Shown here: positions 24,783 to 55,100 of the stretch, one piece after another
How the letters are laid out: the number at the start of each line of letters is the position of its first letter
How positions within the stretch are numbered: the stretch's first letter is position 1
DNA from: Macrostomum lignano
Taxonomy: Eukaryota
Reading direction: 5' to 3'
DNA length: 64,000 nucleotides
Assembly: GCA_002269645.1 (NCBI GenBank)
Contig: NIVC01000152.1
Location: 806,001-870,000 of the forward strand
Made by a program: the position numbers and the translations under genes
Notes under the pieces: generated by a model
Seen by the model: only the letters and a program-made list of their open reading frames with translations
What the model was told of the DNA's origin: nothing
The model's database searches: none

Positions 24783-25903
24783 CAGCACGGTTTAGAGATC
24801 AGACATCTATCTACAGAACGGTTTAGAGATCAGACATCTATCTACAGCACGGTTTAGAGACCAGACATCTACAGCACGGTTTAGAGGCCAGAAATTTATC
24901 TACAGCACGGTTTAGAGACCAGACATCTATCTACAGCACGGTTTAGAGACCAGACATCTATCTACAGCACGGTTTAGAGACCAGACATCTATCTACAGCA
25001 CGGTTTAGAGACCAGACATCTATCTACAGCACGGTTTAGAGACCAGACATCTATCTACAGCACGGTTTAGAGACCAGACATCTATCTACAGCACGGTTTA
25101 GAGACCAGACATCTATCTACAGAACGGTTTAGAGACCAGACATCTATCTACAGCACAGTTTAGAGACCAGACATCTATCTACAGCACGGTTTAGAGACCA
25201 GACATCTATCTACAGCACAGTTTAGAGACCAGACATCTATCTACAGCACAGTTTAGAGACCAGACATCTATCTACAGCACGGTTTAGAGACCAGACATCT
25301 ATCTACAGCACGGTTTAGAGACCAGACATCTATCTACAGCACGGTTTAGAGACCAGACATCTACAGCACGGTTTAGAGGCCAGAAATTTATCTACAGCAC
25401 GGTTTAGAGACCAGACATCTATCTACAGCACGGTTTAGAGACCAGACATCTATCTACAGCACGGTTTAGAGACCAGACATCTATCTACAGCACGGTTTAG
25501 AGACCAGACATCTATCTACAGCACGGTTTAGAGGCCAGAAATTTATCTACAGCACGGTTTAGAGACCAGACATCTATCTACAGCACGGTTTAGAGACCAG
25601 ACATCTATCTACAGCACGGTTTAGAGGCCAGAAATTTATCTACAGCACGGTTTAGAGACCAGACATCTATCTACAGTACGGTTTAGAGACCAGACATCTA
25701 TCTACAGCACGGTTTAGAGACCAGACATCTATCTACAGCACGGTTTAGAGACCAGACATCTATCTACAGCACGGTTTAGAGACCAGACATCTATCTACAG
25801 CACGGTTTAGAGACCAGACATCTACAGCACGGTTTAGAGGCCAGAAATTTATCTACAGCACAGTTTAGAGACCAGACATCTATCTACAGCACGGTTTAGA
25901 GAC
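24783..25903. repeat. 31-bp minisatellite (ACAGCACGGTTTAGAGACCAGACATCTATCT), ~36 copies
   Basis: Visible periodicity with a recurring GGCCAGAAATTT variant; no spacers. Confidence 0.95.
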
Positions 25904-25975
25904 TATATATACTTCTTATCTACAGGGAAGTTATAGACTTTTTTCTTATCTACTAAGTTGGCGGGTTTAAAGATA

Positions 25976-26754
25976 CGAGGGCTGTCCCAAAAGTACTTAT
26001 ACTTTTCACTATATCTCCTGTTCTACTGATCGAAATAACATCAGTTTGCACAGATTCATAGCGGCAACTCTCTTCTTTATATTATCTAAACATCATTAAA
26101 AACAATGGAAACAAAAGTTATAAACTAAAATGTAGCAGGACCTCGACCATAGACTTACAGTAAGTCAACAAGTTAACAAAATTTCGAAGTGGTAGCTGAC
26201 AAACGGGTAACTGGCTGCAGTGAATGCTGCAAAATGACTGCTAAGACCCATGAGCCGGTGAAAGTTGAGCATGAATCTCGGCTCAACTGTGCCCCGCCCC
26301 CCAAAAGGTGTATATCACACGTACACTCCTGTACGTGTACACTCCTCTGAGCAACACTTGAATGCACACCCAAGACTTTTAGTGTAGCAAAAGGAGGGAA
26401 CAAAAAGCAACAAAGCTGAAGCCCAGTTTGAAATAGTCTGTTGCTTTAAAAGCTATATGCTTCTCCAAGTTTTTCAATAGATATCTCTTTGTCACAGCAG
26501 CCTAAAAAAGAAGTCTGAGTTCATTCAATCAAAAGTACTTTCGCTACTTTTCGCTAGCTTGTCGAATTACTGTAAGTCTATGGTCGAAGTCCTGCTACAT
26601 TTTAGTTCATAACTTTTGTTTCCATTGTCTTTTTTTAATGATGTTAAAGATAATATAAAGAAGAGAGCTGCCGCTATAAATCGGTGCAAAATGATGTTAT
26701 TTGGATCAGCTACTATTAACTACTAACTATTAACTACTTTTGGGACAGCCCTCG
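25976..26754. mobile_element. Tc1/mariner-type non-autonomous element (MITE), 779 bp, ~190-bp TIRs
   Basis: TA|CGAGGGCTGTCCCAAAAGTA ... TACTTTTGGGACAGCCCTCG|TA with a TA TSD; the arms stay complementary for ~190 bp. Confidence 0.88.
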
Positions 26755-27461
26755 TAATATTAAGCAACGCCTGGTGAGAAATTTTGCTTAGCTGAACTAG
26801 AAGCCAAAAAGTAACTTGGTTTAACTGATCGTAAATCCAGCTTGCTTCCGGTAGGTATAGAGGAAAGTATAATGTTTTCTTTATAGGGCTAATAACAATC
26901 CAAAGTAAAAAGTGCAATTTTATAAACACATGCGAAAGCGAGTGTTTACAAACACGGTTTCTATCAGCGACCTTGCAACAAACCATGCGGCTTGATAATG
27001 TAGATGATCAAGCCACAAAGTTTTCCACATTAAATTGAAGCCGTCTCTGGGTGAAATTAAAAAGCTCAACTAACTGCTCAACCCACCTGCCTGAACTGAC
27101 TGCTTTCAGCTGGTTAAACTCTGCATCATATTAATAGCCCAGATGCGTGATTAGAAAGCAGCTTGAGCGCAAGGGAAAACAAGCATTTTAAAAACCGCCA
27201 GCTAGAGGGTCCGCCAGTGCAAAAAACAAAAACAGATGACTGTGCCTCCTACACAAATTTCGTCATAGGAATACTAATTATAACGATAATGACGATAACA
27301 GATAGGAAGAAAGTTTAGAAATTGCACCTGGCGAGCAGTTTGGGATATTTATCCTCGGGTAAACACAGGGATAAAGCGGTGAAAATATTTTTTTGCAGAA
27401 AATCTATTGAAACTGATGGAATTGAATTAAATTAATATCGCTATAAGATATTAATTAAGAA

Positions 27462-27813
27462 GGGGGGCGTAGCCCTGTGGTCTGGCGCGGGTCTCTGATG
27501 TGCCAGCGGCCCAGGCTCGATTCCAAGTGCAGTCACCTTAATTTGGGGCTTAATTGGAATCTCGGCTTGGCTCTGCTCGTGTAATTAACGATTAACGGCC
27601 TGGAGGGCCAAGCCCCAAGGCACAGTGAAGTGTACATGCCTAACGATAAATACAGTTGGGGCCGCTGTACACTCCTGTGTGAGTGTGTGCCTGTGCGTAT
27701 GACTGCGTACGTATCCGCGCGCTTGTGTGCCTTCTCAGGGGAGTCGGCGGAATGGGCAGTAATGCCTCTCACCGGTTGTGTGACAATGTTGCTTAAAGTG
27801 CGCCAGGGTGCCC
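27462..27813 (+). mobile_element. SINE family B, full length (tRNA-derived head)
   Basis: A-box-like GTAGCCCTGTGG and B-box-like GGCTCGATTCC; highly similar to 48241-48587. Confidence 0.75.
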
Positions 27814-27863
27814 CTATTCTAAAGAAGTACAGAAATAGGAGGGAGATTATTGAGAATAAGGGA

Positions 27864-28180
27864 GGATGGGATAGCAGCCCACAGTGAAAGGGGATGGGAT
27901 GGCAGCCCACAGTGAAAGGGGATGGGATAGCAGCTCACAGTGAAAGGGGATGGGATAGCAGCTCACAGTGAAAGGGGATGGGATAGCAGCTCACAGTGAA
28001 AGGGGATGGGATAGCAGCTCACAGTGAAAGGGGATGGGATAGCAGCTCACAGTGAAAGGGGATGGGATAGCAGCTCACAGTGAAAGGGGATAAGATAGCA
28101 GCTCACAGTGAAAGGGGATGGGATAGCAGCCCACAGTGAAGGGGGGATGGAATAGCAGCTCACAGTGAAGGGAGGGATGG
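27864..28180. repeat. 28-bp minisatellite (GGGATGGGATAGCAGCTCACAGTGAAAG), ~11 copies
   Basis: Visible periodicity. Confidence 0.95.
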
Positions 28181-28878
28181 CTGTTATTCATTTTGCAACA
28201 GAGAAATTAATATATTTGATAAACTTTAATAAGTCCTGTACTAAAAACATGAAATAAATAAATAAAAATGACAAAATTAACAGTGGAAAGCCTTTTTGAA
28301 AATTTTTATTACGATAGTTTAAAACAAAGTGAATGCTGCTGTTGCAATACAACAGACCACATACATATACAGATGGACCAGTGGAGCATGCTAAACCCTC
28401 CCTGTTACAGAATTTAAACTAGCAGAAACTAATGAGCATGAACTTATTGAAACCACTTGAGAAATAACGTCATCTTCGAAGTGCCTGAAGCACACCTTTA
28501 GGTTTCTTGCGCGAACAGACTCCAGAATCTGGTTTGCCAGCTCCAGAATATTAATATGCGTATTATAACCGTGACAACTAGATATAATTAGCATGATGAA
28601 TCAGTTATTAAGCTAGTTAGCTGAGTTAAGAAAGCTGTGTATAGGAAAGTTAGCGCAGCATGACAACAAAGTATGGGATTGGGCATTGAAATTTGCAATA
28701 CAGACAAAGACAGCTTATAAGACACAACAATTATTATTTAGACTATGAAGTCATCAAATACCAAATGGAAGAACTGTATAGAAATAACTGTGTTTTCACT
28801 TAATTTTTAAATGCTTTGCGTTAAACTTATGCTCTTATTAAAACTAAAGACTAGATGCGCAAATTTAAAATTTGCTAA

Positions 28879-29270
<392 letters not shown>

Positions 29271-29352
29271 TCCTAGACAAACAGACCAACAGACAACAAA
29301 ACTGTCAGATGTTCTAAAAAAAGTTTTAATAGTTTTTTCCAATCCATATTGC

Positions 29353-42447
<13,095 letters not shown>

Positions 42448-43193
42448 GGTAATTTTAAAAAACTTAAATGCAGCAATTAAGCAGCTGAAAAATGAAAGCG
42501 TAGCGGTTTTTAAAGACATACTTTTGAGATAGCGCACAATCAGAGGACATGTCACATGATGCAACGCTCATCTAAAAAATTTATACGGTAAAGATGCCAA
42601 AAAACTTGAAAGATTTCCCCGATACGAACTTTATAAAAACCTCTTCCCGCTCAAGACTGGAAGATAAAACCTGTTCGTTCCAGGTTGGTCAGCAGGGCTG
42701 GCCATAGACTATCACTGCCACAAGATTTGTTTGCTGTGGTTTTAAGTCTGGAGAACAAAAAGTCTGGCCATACATTTAGAACTGACAGCCTAGGACAAGC
42801 ATACTCAGCGGCCAAGCATACTCAGCGGCCATGAATTTACAATTTTGCCTATCCAAGGCTGAGATAGCATGACTCTCAAAGCTATGTATCAAAAATACCA
42901 GCTGACAAATAGTGGCTGAGATAGCACGACGAAAGCTAAATGAACTGTACTCTCTGCTATGCAAAGCCTTTCTGGCCGAGAAGAGGGAGTTTTGTCTATC
43001 TGAAGACTGGGCCATTCATTGCATACATTATATCTTATATGCTTTATCCTATTACTCGTATACAATACAAGCATAGGGCAAGATCTTGCTTACTAATTTT
43101 TAAATCTTGGTCTCGCTTACAAGCAGAATAAACTCTTCAAAACTGACATGAGTTTCATAGAAAGAGGAGCACGAATTCATTATTTATATGACA

Positions 43194-43470
43194 GGAGAGG
43201 TTGTAGCCTAGTGGTTAGAGCGTCGGACTCACGACTGAAAGGTCGGGGTTCGATTCTCCACCCACTAGGAACAATTTGTGTCCTTGAGCAAGACACCTAA
43301 CTCGATCTGTATTGCTTCAGTTCATGCCCTAGCTGTAAAATGGGCGCCAGCATTAGCTGGGGGGTGTGTATGGCGACCCCAGGCCTTAGACTAAACAGTC
43401 GTACGCAGCCTTCAGATGCCGCGCAATAGCTGCGGCTGAGCCGTTGGTTCTTATTACTGTTATTATTACG
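43194..43470 (+). mobile_element. SINE family A, full length: tRNA-derived head plus CORE-like central domain
   Basis: A box TAGCCTAGTGG, B box GGTTCGATTC, central TGTGTCCTTGAGCAAGACACCTAAC...CTGTAAAATGGG, and a TTA-rich tail. Confidence 0.8.
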
Positions 43471-43998
43471 GTAGGAACTTTCAAAGAACTGTAACACCCT
43501 GGCTATATATACGATGTTGAATTTTGTGCCCAAGTGAAAGTAACAATGAAATTAACGTAGTTTAGCTGCTTGCTTAACACAGATTTTCGGAAACGTTGCG
43601 GGGGAGCTGGATTGACTAAAATTTCCCTAGCTTAGCTAGTTAAGCTTATTGATTTATTATCTTTTTGTTTAAACAGCTTCCATTATGTAGAAAAAGGCGC
43701 TGTTTACTATGCAGTAGCTAGGCAATTTAAACAGACCACGCTAATAATGCACTAAAGTATCAAACTAGGAATTTTCGAGGAAAGGTAAAACAAAAGAATA
43801 ACAAGTGAGCATGTTTTATAGTACTTTTATATTTGTCTTGTCTTTCACTCTGCAATATTAATAGCAATAACCAAAATGCACGCAAGTTAAGATAAGCACA
43901 ACTATTTGAACCCCAAAACTTTTAATTTAGAGTTTAAGTTAACAATATTACGAAAGTTGAAAATGCAATGAAACTGAATAAACTATAGACAGGCAGCG

Positions 43999-44568
43999 TT
44001 ACATTTCACCGCACTGAGAAATCAGCACAGGAACTTTCGGCTTATTATTAGCTCCAATTGGCACATTCTCAATCTTTCTCAACACCAGCTGCCCATCAAC
44101 TAGCTGGCCAAATACCACGTGCTTCTTGTCAAGAAAGTCGCAAGAGTCGCAGGTGATGAAGAACTGGCAGCCGTTGCTATGCGGACCAGAATTGGCCATA
44201 GACAGCATGCCGGCGCACGAGTGCGTGCAGCTGAAGTTCTCGTCACCGAACGGGCCGCCATAGATGCTGCAAACGCCCGTACCGTCGCCATTAATAAAAT
44301 CGCCGCCCTGAGCCATGAAGCCTTTAATAACGCGATGAAAAGCCGAGCCTTTGTAGCCTAACGGCACGCCGTCTTTGCAAAACTCGCCGGTACAAAATTG
44401 GCGAAAATTTTCGGCAGTTTTTGGTACAACATCGGCAAATAGTTCGAACTGCATCCGGCCGATCTCTTGGCCGCCGACTGTGATGTCGAAGAATACGACA
44501 GGATTGCGGGGATTGTTCATGCGCTCGGCCACAGCCGGTAGCGGCAATTCACCGCTAGGCCCGGACAT
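43999..44568 (-). CDS. PPIH: Peptidyl-prolyl cis-trans isomerase H (cyclophilin H, U4/U6 snRNP), 189 aa, intronless
   Basis: [68 protein letters not shown] and C-terminal ISQCGEM. Confidence 0.95.
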   Translation of the reverse strand: MSGPSGELPLPAVAERMNNPRNPVVFFDITVGGQEIGRMQFELFADVVPKTAENFRQFCTGEFCKDGVPLGYKGSAFHRVIKGFMAQGGDFINGDGTGVCSIYGGPFGDENFSCTHSCAGMLSMANSGPHSNGCQFFITCDSCDFLDKKHVVFGQLVDGQLVLRKIENVPIGANNKPKVPVLISQCGEM

Positions 44569-45347
44569 TTGCTGGCCACTCAGCGGGACACCGGTTTAAT
44601 TAATACTTTTATCATATTATACAAGATCGAGGCAAGCTAAATTCATCACTTGCTGTCACACGGCGCCTCCTTTGATTGGTGACAAGCCTATTCAGTCGCG
44701 TACTATCCAGAGCCAACTCTGCTTAACTAGCACAGCAACCGCAGTTTCCAATTTAACCAATTGTCATTGTCATTATAATGTTAATAAACTAGCCTTTTCC
44801 TGAACTCTTTTCAAAGCATTGTGACGACCCTAGCTAGACGAAAAATGAAAGAAAATATTGAACATAAACTCATTGTTTTGTATTAGAAGTACGATAATTT
44901 GACATTTTATTATTGTTTACTAAGACGAAAAAATACCAATAATAATTATAGTTATGGGCTTACATTATCAAGCTTTATTTGTGCATGTACTTTATGTACT
45001 AAGGGCATATTATTGTTGCTTATAAATCATTGCAGTAGAAATTATATAGAGACAAAATGCGCCATAAGCTGGACAAATTAATACTTGATCAGCTGACAAA
45101 AAATGCGATTGACAGAAAAGGGGTGCTTAGAAAAATAGACAGCTCGTCATTACAGTCAGTGCATATGGTGCATCATTTATGGTGCGATGCACTGGATGAA
45201 GCGTGCCCTAGCATTATTACATTTCGCTGTACCGTAGAGATTCGTCATCAACAATAATTATCGTGCAGTATAAACCGGAGGTTAAAAACTACTAATAGTA
45301 ATAAAAATAGTAAATAATTGTAAAGCCGTTCTGAATTACAAGTAAAA

Positions 45348-46370
<1,023 letters not shown>

Positions 46371-46781
46371 TCAAAGAAATTCCAACAGGATTCACAACAC
46401 AGCGCCTTAAGAAGTATTAACTTTCAACCGTATGATACGTCAGTCGGTTTATTTAGTGTAGTATTTAAAAACACTACTAAATTCTTTGTCCTTTATTAAA
46501 TTTAGCACGCGATGTTTTAAAAATTAGTTCACCGAGATCGAGTAAACTGTGATACAAAAATAAGCCGCATCTTAAAATAACTGCCGCAATTGAACACCGA
46601 GTCAATTAGAAATGCCGTATTTATACGTATTAGTAAAAAAGTATAGCAGGTAATTTAAAATTTGAGATGCTAGCACAAAAAAAACCAGTTGATTGCTACT
46701 AAGAAGCAGTCCGTTAATACATGCTTAGTTCAGATTTAAGTTAAATAATGACAATAGTCCTGCAGCCCTGCTTTAATAAAA

Positions 46782-47192
46782 CAGGGGTCGGCAACACTCC
46801 GACAGCGGGCTTCCTTCTCTTCTCTCCCTCCTCTCATCTCATCTTCTCCTCTTCTCTTCTCTCCTCCCCTCCTCTCCCTCCTCTCATCTCATCTTCCTCC
46901 TCTTTCTCTTCTCTCTCCCCTCCTTTTCTCTCCCTCCTCTCATCTTCCTCCTCTTCTCTCTTCTCTTCTCTCCTCCTCTTCTCTCTCCTCTCATCTCATT
47001 TCCTCCTCTTCTCTCTTCTTCTCTCCTCTCTTTTTTTTTGTCCTTTATCTTTTCTCTCTTCTCCTCTCCTCTTCTCCTCTCCCATCCTCTCCTCTCCCTT
47101 CTCTTGTCTCTTATCTCATCTCTCATCTCTTTTTTATTCCGTCTCCTATCTCCCCCCTATCGCCCTTGAGGTAAAAAGTTTTCCAACCCCTG
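46782..47192 (-). mobile_element. hAT (Charlie-like) MITE with internal CT/GA tract
   Basis: TIRs CAGGGGTCGGCAA / TTTTCCAACCCCTG. Same family as 31905-33220 in opposite orientation, 14 bp beyond the PCNA copy 2 stop. The 8-bp TSD is only a 5/8 match. Confidence 0.75.
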
Positions 47193-47205
47193 TTATACAG
47201 AACAG

Positions 47206-49266
<2,061 letters not shown>

Positions 49267-50044
49267 TCATTGTGAAATCTACAAGCTTATGGGCGATAAA
49301 TAAATTTTCTGTGATGACTGTAATCGATGGGTTATCTCTCTATCCGTGTCCCTTGAAACTTCACAAAAGCAATCCGGCCCGCTTAAGGTTTATATACCTA
49401 TTCTCATCTCCTTGCCTTTTTTTCTCCCCTCTTCCCTCTATTTTCCTCTTGTACCTGGCCTGCAGCAAAAACCAACAAAAAAGGTTTACCGATCCCTGCT
49501 GTATCCAGTGGAAAAACACAAGAGACAAAATGCCAACAATTCTTAATACAATTGTTGGAACGCTAACAATACTACTTTATATCTTTCTGGCAAAGTAGCA
49601 TGAATGAGAAAAACATCTTCTATAGAGTTGAATGAGGAACAGTTTTACGCGGAATACGCATAACAAATACAAATTATAGGCAACCAATAAGGATTTACTC
49701 GGAACGCAATGACTGTATTTGGAAGTACATTTCTAATCGCCTACGTACCCTGCGTAATAAATTGAAAGAAACTTAATATACGAGTATATAGAACTTTTAC
49801 TAAAAATTAAGATAAACAACTTAGGAAAAGAAATTAACCGTAATTGACAAGCCTGAGACTCAAAAACAATTGGTTGCATATTCCATTTTCGAAGTTGATT
49901 AATGCAAACTGTACACAACACGGCTTGAAATATGGTCTGGATTGAGAAACACGAGCAACTGACTGCGTCAAAATGACTGCACACACGAAGAACTTAAAAT
50001 TGATCCAATTAGTGTGAATTAATTAATATTTGCAAGAGGATTAC

Positions 50045-50331
50045 GGGCACCCTGGTGCAACGCCTTTGGCAAAATTGTTCCACACTCCAGCGCTGACGGC
50101 AACTGCCCAGTCCGCTGACGCAGGCACGCACTCGTACACACGCTCACACAGGGTGTACAGCCGTCCTGACTGTCTAATCGTCAGGCATGTACACTCTCAG
50201 TGCCTTGGGGGCTGGCCCTTATGGATGGGACTCGCACGATCTAAAAATTATTGTAGCCGCACACGGAATCGAACCAAGGGGTCGTGGCGCGCGAGTCAGG
50301 CGCGTAATTTACTGCTGAGCTGCCCTGTCCC
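50045..50331 (-). mobile_element. SINE family B, full length, diverged
   Basis: The minus strand starts with a tRNA-like head (GGTTCGATTCC) and ends CACCAGGGTGCCC like the other copies. Confidence 0.7.
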
Positions 50332-50541
50332 ATTTACATAGTGTGAATCTGTAAACCAGTTGACTTACAGTACAGGATCACAATGATGGCCCAATTTGCC
50401 CAATTTACTTAAGCCTAGTGGGAGGAGTGAAGACAAGGCCTGTTATATAAATTAATTAGTTCTACGATTATTGATCAGTCAGTTAGAAGCGTGGCTATTA
50501 CATAATAGTCTACTCAACATCAGCTATAGGTTTATAGTTCT

Positions 50542-52144
50542 TTAACTCGGATAGTGGCTGGTCTCAGCCTCCAGATGGCGCCTAGTATCCTCCATCTGTT
50601 GGCGCAGCCTCGGCGGCATTCGAGCCCAGACGTCACTAAACATCTCCATAGGATTCGGCTTCAATCGCTTCTCGGCTTGGGCAAATTTCTGCAGCACCCG
50701 TTTTCTAATCGCTTGCTTAGTCGCCGTCTCCTGTTCGTCGCTCCACCAGCCGCGTTTGGTGAGAAATTTTCTCATCCTAATTATCGGATTATCTTCCCGA
50801 TCCCAGAAGCTTAACTCGTCAACGGAACTGTAAGGAAAATAGAGAAATAGCCAGTCGAATCACGAATTTATATTTTCAAATCAGAAGCACACCCATTCCA
50901 TGGTGCATAAAGTCTATGTGTTTACACCCAGTCCGATCTGAGCAATGCTGAGATACCAAAATTCAAAGGACTTCCAGCGAGTAAGAGTTCACTGACAGGA
51001 AGTTTGCTGCAGTGCCCAAAGTCTCCTGCGACTGGTCAACCCCCCCCCCCTGTTCGGCACGGCTCCAATTAGGTAGGCAACAGTAGAAAACTCTGCAGTA
51101 TTACCTGGTAACGCGCGACAGCTAAAGCAAAAACTCACCGATAAGCCGAGCTGTCATCCGACGTGCTGTGATGCCCCAATCGATAAGTCATCATCTCAAT
51201 TAGAGTCGGCCGCATCTCAGTTAAGCACAGCTGTCGGCCTGTTGAGTCACCTCGTACAGAGCGAACACATCGTTGCCATCGACTCGAACAGTCGGTATGC
51301 CAAATGCCGGGCCCCGAATCGCTATACCATCGCCGCGATATTGATCAGACGTAGGCGTAGATATTGCGTAGCCGTTATTTCGGCAGACAAACATTACGGG
51401 GCAGTCTAGCGTGGCGGCAAAGTTCAAAGCGGCATGCGCGTCGCCCTCCGACGCTGAGCCGTCGCCAAAGTAGCAAACAACGCACAGGCCGTTCTGCATC
51501 CGTTTGAACGCGTAGGCGGCCCCGCTAGCTTGCGGCATTTGGGTAGCCAGCGGAGAAGACACGGTCACAAAGCTGTGATCTTTGCTGCCATAGTGAACTG
51601 GCATCTGACGGCCCCTGTTTATATCGCTATCGTTAGAGTAGCACTGGTCCATGAAGCGTTCCAGCTCCATGCCGCGCTGCATGAGAACGCCGGATTCGCG
51701 GTATTGGCAGAACACAAGATCGTTTGGATTAAGAGCGGCCGCATTGGCAACAATGCCTTCCTCGCCAAAGCTGGTCATGTAGAAGCTGATCCGACCCTGT
51801 CTCTGTGAATCGTACAGAATCTTATCCATAATATTAAGCTGGAGCATTGTCTCGTACACTTGCAGGCACAGGTCTTTGTTGCCAGCCAGAGTAGGTTCCG
51901 GCGCTCCATCAACTAGATCGCCGCGTCGGTTCACTAATCTATAAACGGGAATTCCTTCGAAGTTCTCCGGATGGATAAAGTCCAGCTGGGTGGTAAAGCT
52001 CGACCGCGAGCCGGGGAACATTGGCTTCTCATCGTCGGGCGGCATGCCAGATGGCGGAGCCGACAGAAGCCGGCGAGCATTGGACAGGCCTGGCAGCCGG
52101 CCAAGAAGGCTCTGCCGCAAACGACAGGCAAAGGCGGAAGCCAT
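50542..52144 (-). CDS. BCKDHA: Branched-chain alpha-keto acid dehydrogenase E1 alpha subunit (2 exons)
   Basis: Exons 51139-52144 and 50542-50827. Motifs [23 protein letters not shown]-binding GDGSASEGD...NN and [17 protein letters not shown]. 1-nt deletion at ~51236; the exact C-terminus is uncertain. Confidence 0.93.
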
Positions 52145-55100
52145 TAATTGTAATTATTTTATTATCTAGGCTTTCGCGATATGCAATACTTGCAACTCTA
52201 TCTAACATTACTTTCCTTTTTTTTTGGACTAGCAATAACAAAATGCTGTGTCTGCTATTCATCTTTCACATAATAGAAGCTGCTAAGTCAAATTTGAAAA
52301 AAATTATTAATAGAAGTCAAAAAGTGATAAACATTAAGCTTCATTGACAGTTAGGAAATGAGATAATTGTGATAAACAAATTATCACATATAGCTCATAT
52401 TAAAACAAAAAAAGAAATGCTTCCATTGCTGATTTCAAACTTTTGTAAACAGCTTGTACAAACTTGTAATGGTTGTCTGCATTTATAAAAGCTTTGAAAT
52501 GAGCTTTTTATACCACACAATGACTAATTGCAAATAGAATACTTGAGTGTCAAAGAAACAATAAAAGCAAATAAAATTATCAAAGCAAATAAAATCAAAG
52601 AAGCAAATAAAATTTTTATTTGATTAGGCAGTCAGCTGCCAAATTAGCTGCTTTAAATACTGCTTTGACATGTGAATAAGGTTACTTACCAAAATACATT
52701 TAACAACTGCTGTACTTTGTTCTAGACTTCCCCAATAAAAGTTGTCACAGAAAACATTTACTAAATGCCCTAATTTTAGTCAAATAAGACAAGACAGGAG
52801 TATTTAAAAGGCTAGTTGCAGTTCAATCGGCAGGTCATCCTACCATTCAAAAAAGACTATGATAGATGGAAAAAAATCAAGCAGATATGGAAACCTAAAA
52901 GAATGTGTGAAATTCTATAACAACAGAAAAGGCTAAGGCATGGGTATTGGTTGTAAAAATATTGATTTATTACTATTCTTAATTAGAATCAGTGGGCCAG
53001 AGCTACTGACTTAATCATTTACAGTGCCTTTTCGTATAATCTATTTATGTTAAGCAATCAAATGAAACTATAACTATTAGGACAAAGTGATAGCAATATT
53101 TATTATTTTTCTAGTTATAGAACAGTTAAAATTTAGTTATTTTGTTTTTTAGATATTAGGAAACCTAGTAAAGCAAAATATAAAAAACTCTTGCTTGGCT
53201 AATGGGACTTGCTAGCCATACTATATCATGGCCCATCTTAAATAGAGCCAGGAATAAAAATGTGTGAATAAGGGTGCAAAATGAACAATGGCAAGAGCAA
53301 CAAGGTGACAAGGAAGGTTGTATAGATAGAAGTTAATCTGCATTTATAGGATGCATACCCAAGAAGGTATGATGCTTTTACAGGTCTTATAATCACAAGT
53401 GATCTATATTACAGTGAATAGCAGGCAAGATGCTTCTGTTGCAACAACTGCCAACAACTAGTTTGGCATTGCAAAGGTTGTCAAGCAGACTAATAGGCAG
53501 ATTTTGGTGATTATCATTTGCCACTTTAGCAGGTTGATCTTCCTTTTTAGCCTTAGTTAGTGGGGTAAGTTAATTGTTGCTGGCTAGATGCAATTCATTT
53601 CTATTAAGCACCCACAAGGTGTTGCTGCCCTTATTCATTAAAAACAACTATAGATGTAGATATATCAGTAGTTGGCTAGTAAAAAATCTGTTGGCCTTGC
53701 AAAAAAGTAGAAATGCAAAGATGCTCAAGAATACAAAGAGATTTGCAAGAAATTGAGATTACATTGTATAAGATGAAACAAGTAGGCCTAATAAATTATT
53801 AGTTCTGTGAGTAGCAATATACAGATTTGAGGGAAAGGATCCAATTTGGTATTTGCAATATTGCTCATCTGCTGACTACCATGTATGCAATTAAAAAATT
53901 CGGCAATCTTCTAGTTTGTTTTGCAATATTATTTGCCTGTTTATTTTAGTTTAAAATGGTATATCAATATAGTGAAACATTAGAAAACAATACCTATGCC
54001 CAAAAGAGATATGAAATAGAAGCAGACAAGTAACAGTAACAGTTGGAGGGTAGAAAACAGAGGATCTAGTTACAGAGGATAATAATGTGACACCCAATGC
54101 AACACAGCACCAGGTCTAGCCACCAAATGTTATGCCAAGGTATAAGTGGTGCCATAGAAATTCCTTAGATAGCCAGTGAAATAAGAATGTCTTTAATAGT
54201 ATAGTGCTATTTTGCATCCCTTTTGGCAATAGACATCATTTTCTAATGTGTCATTACATTGTAGCACCAATTCAAACTTGAGAATAATATTGCAAAACAA
54301 ACTGGAAGATATCTAATTCTAAACATTGGGTAGATGGTTGCCATGCATGCAATTAAAACTGCCTACTAGGCAATTAAAAAGGCCTACAAGGTTAGTGGAA
54401 TGGATGGCTGCCATGCATACAATTTAAACAATATGTGGATGGATAGCTGTAGCTGCCATGCATGCAATTTAAACACTGGGTGTACAGCTGCCATGCAAGA
54501 TGCACATAACAACACAAGCTCTCTGTAAAGTAAATGCTTTTCTATATTTATTCAACAAATTTGATGTAACAAATACAATTTTTTGTATTGCCTGCCTGGT
54601 TAAAAAGGCCTAATTTAGTAGCCTAATTTAGTGCATATATTCCATATTCAAAATAAAACTATGTCTTGGCCTAGTAGCTGACTAAAACTGACAACAATTC
54701 TACAAGGAACCATCTTTCATATAACTTGGCAATTTTTGATGAGTAGGCCTGGCCTAGCCCTAGAACTAGTAGAAGTAGAACCTAATTTACGAGATCGAAA
54801 ATTTTCTAAAATTTGCACAATTACGCCTGTAGTAAATGTGTAAAAACATGCAATTCCTTCTATTTTCCTGCCAATCGATGCTCCGGAACAGGGATCATTC
54901 CTTTCTCGCAAAGAAAGTTCAGTTCAGTTTATAAGTAATGGGCAAACAAAGGCCCTGCGCCTCAGCCCTGGGGGGGGGCTCTTACGCAATTGATATATTT
55001 TAGTTCCAATTGTATGGTATTTTAGTGGTCAAGTTTGGAAAATCTCGTAAGGAAAGAGGTTTATCGAGGGACCTATATTCTATAACTCGTCAGATTTCAT

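Noticed and set aside
24783-25903. CRISPR array (unit contains GTTTAGAG, like type II repeats)
   Set aside because: Head-to-tail repeats with no unique spacers, no cas genes, and a eukaryotic context.
28391-28594. Small ORF as an additional gene or terminal exon
   Set aside because: No recognisable homology, and the upstream gene already terminates at 29353.
43194-43265. Functional tRNA genes at 43194, 1-60, 27462 and 50260-50331
   Set aside because: Anticodon and acceptor stems do not pair, and each continues into a shared repeat body, so they are SINE heads.
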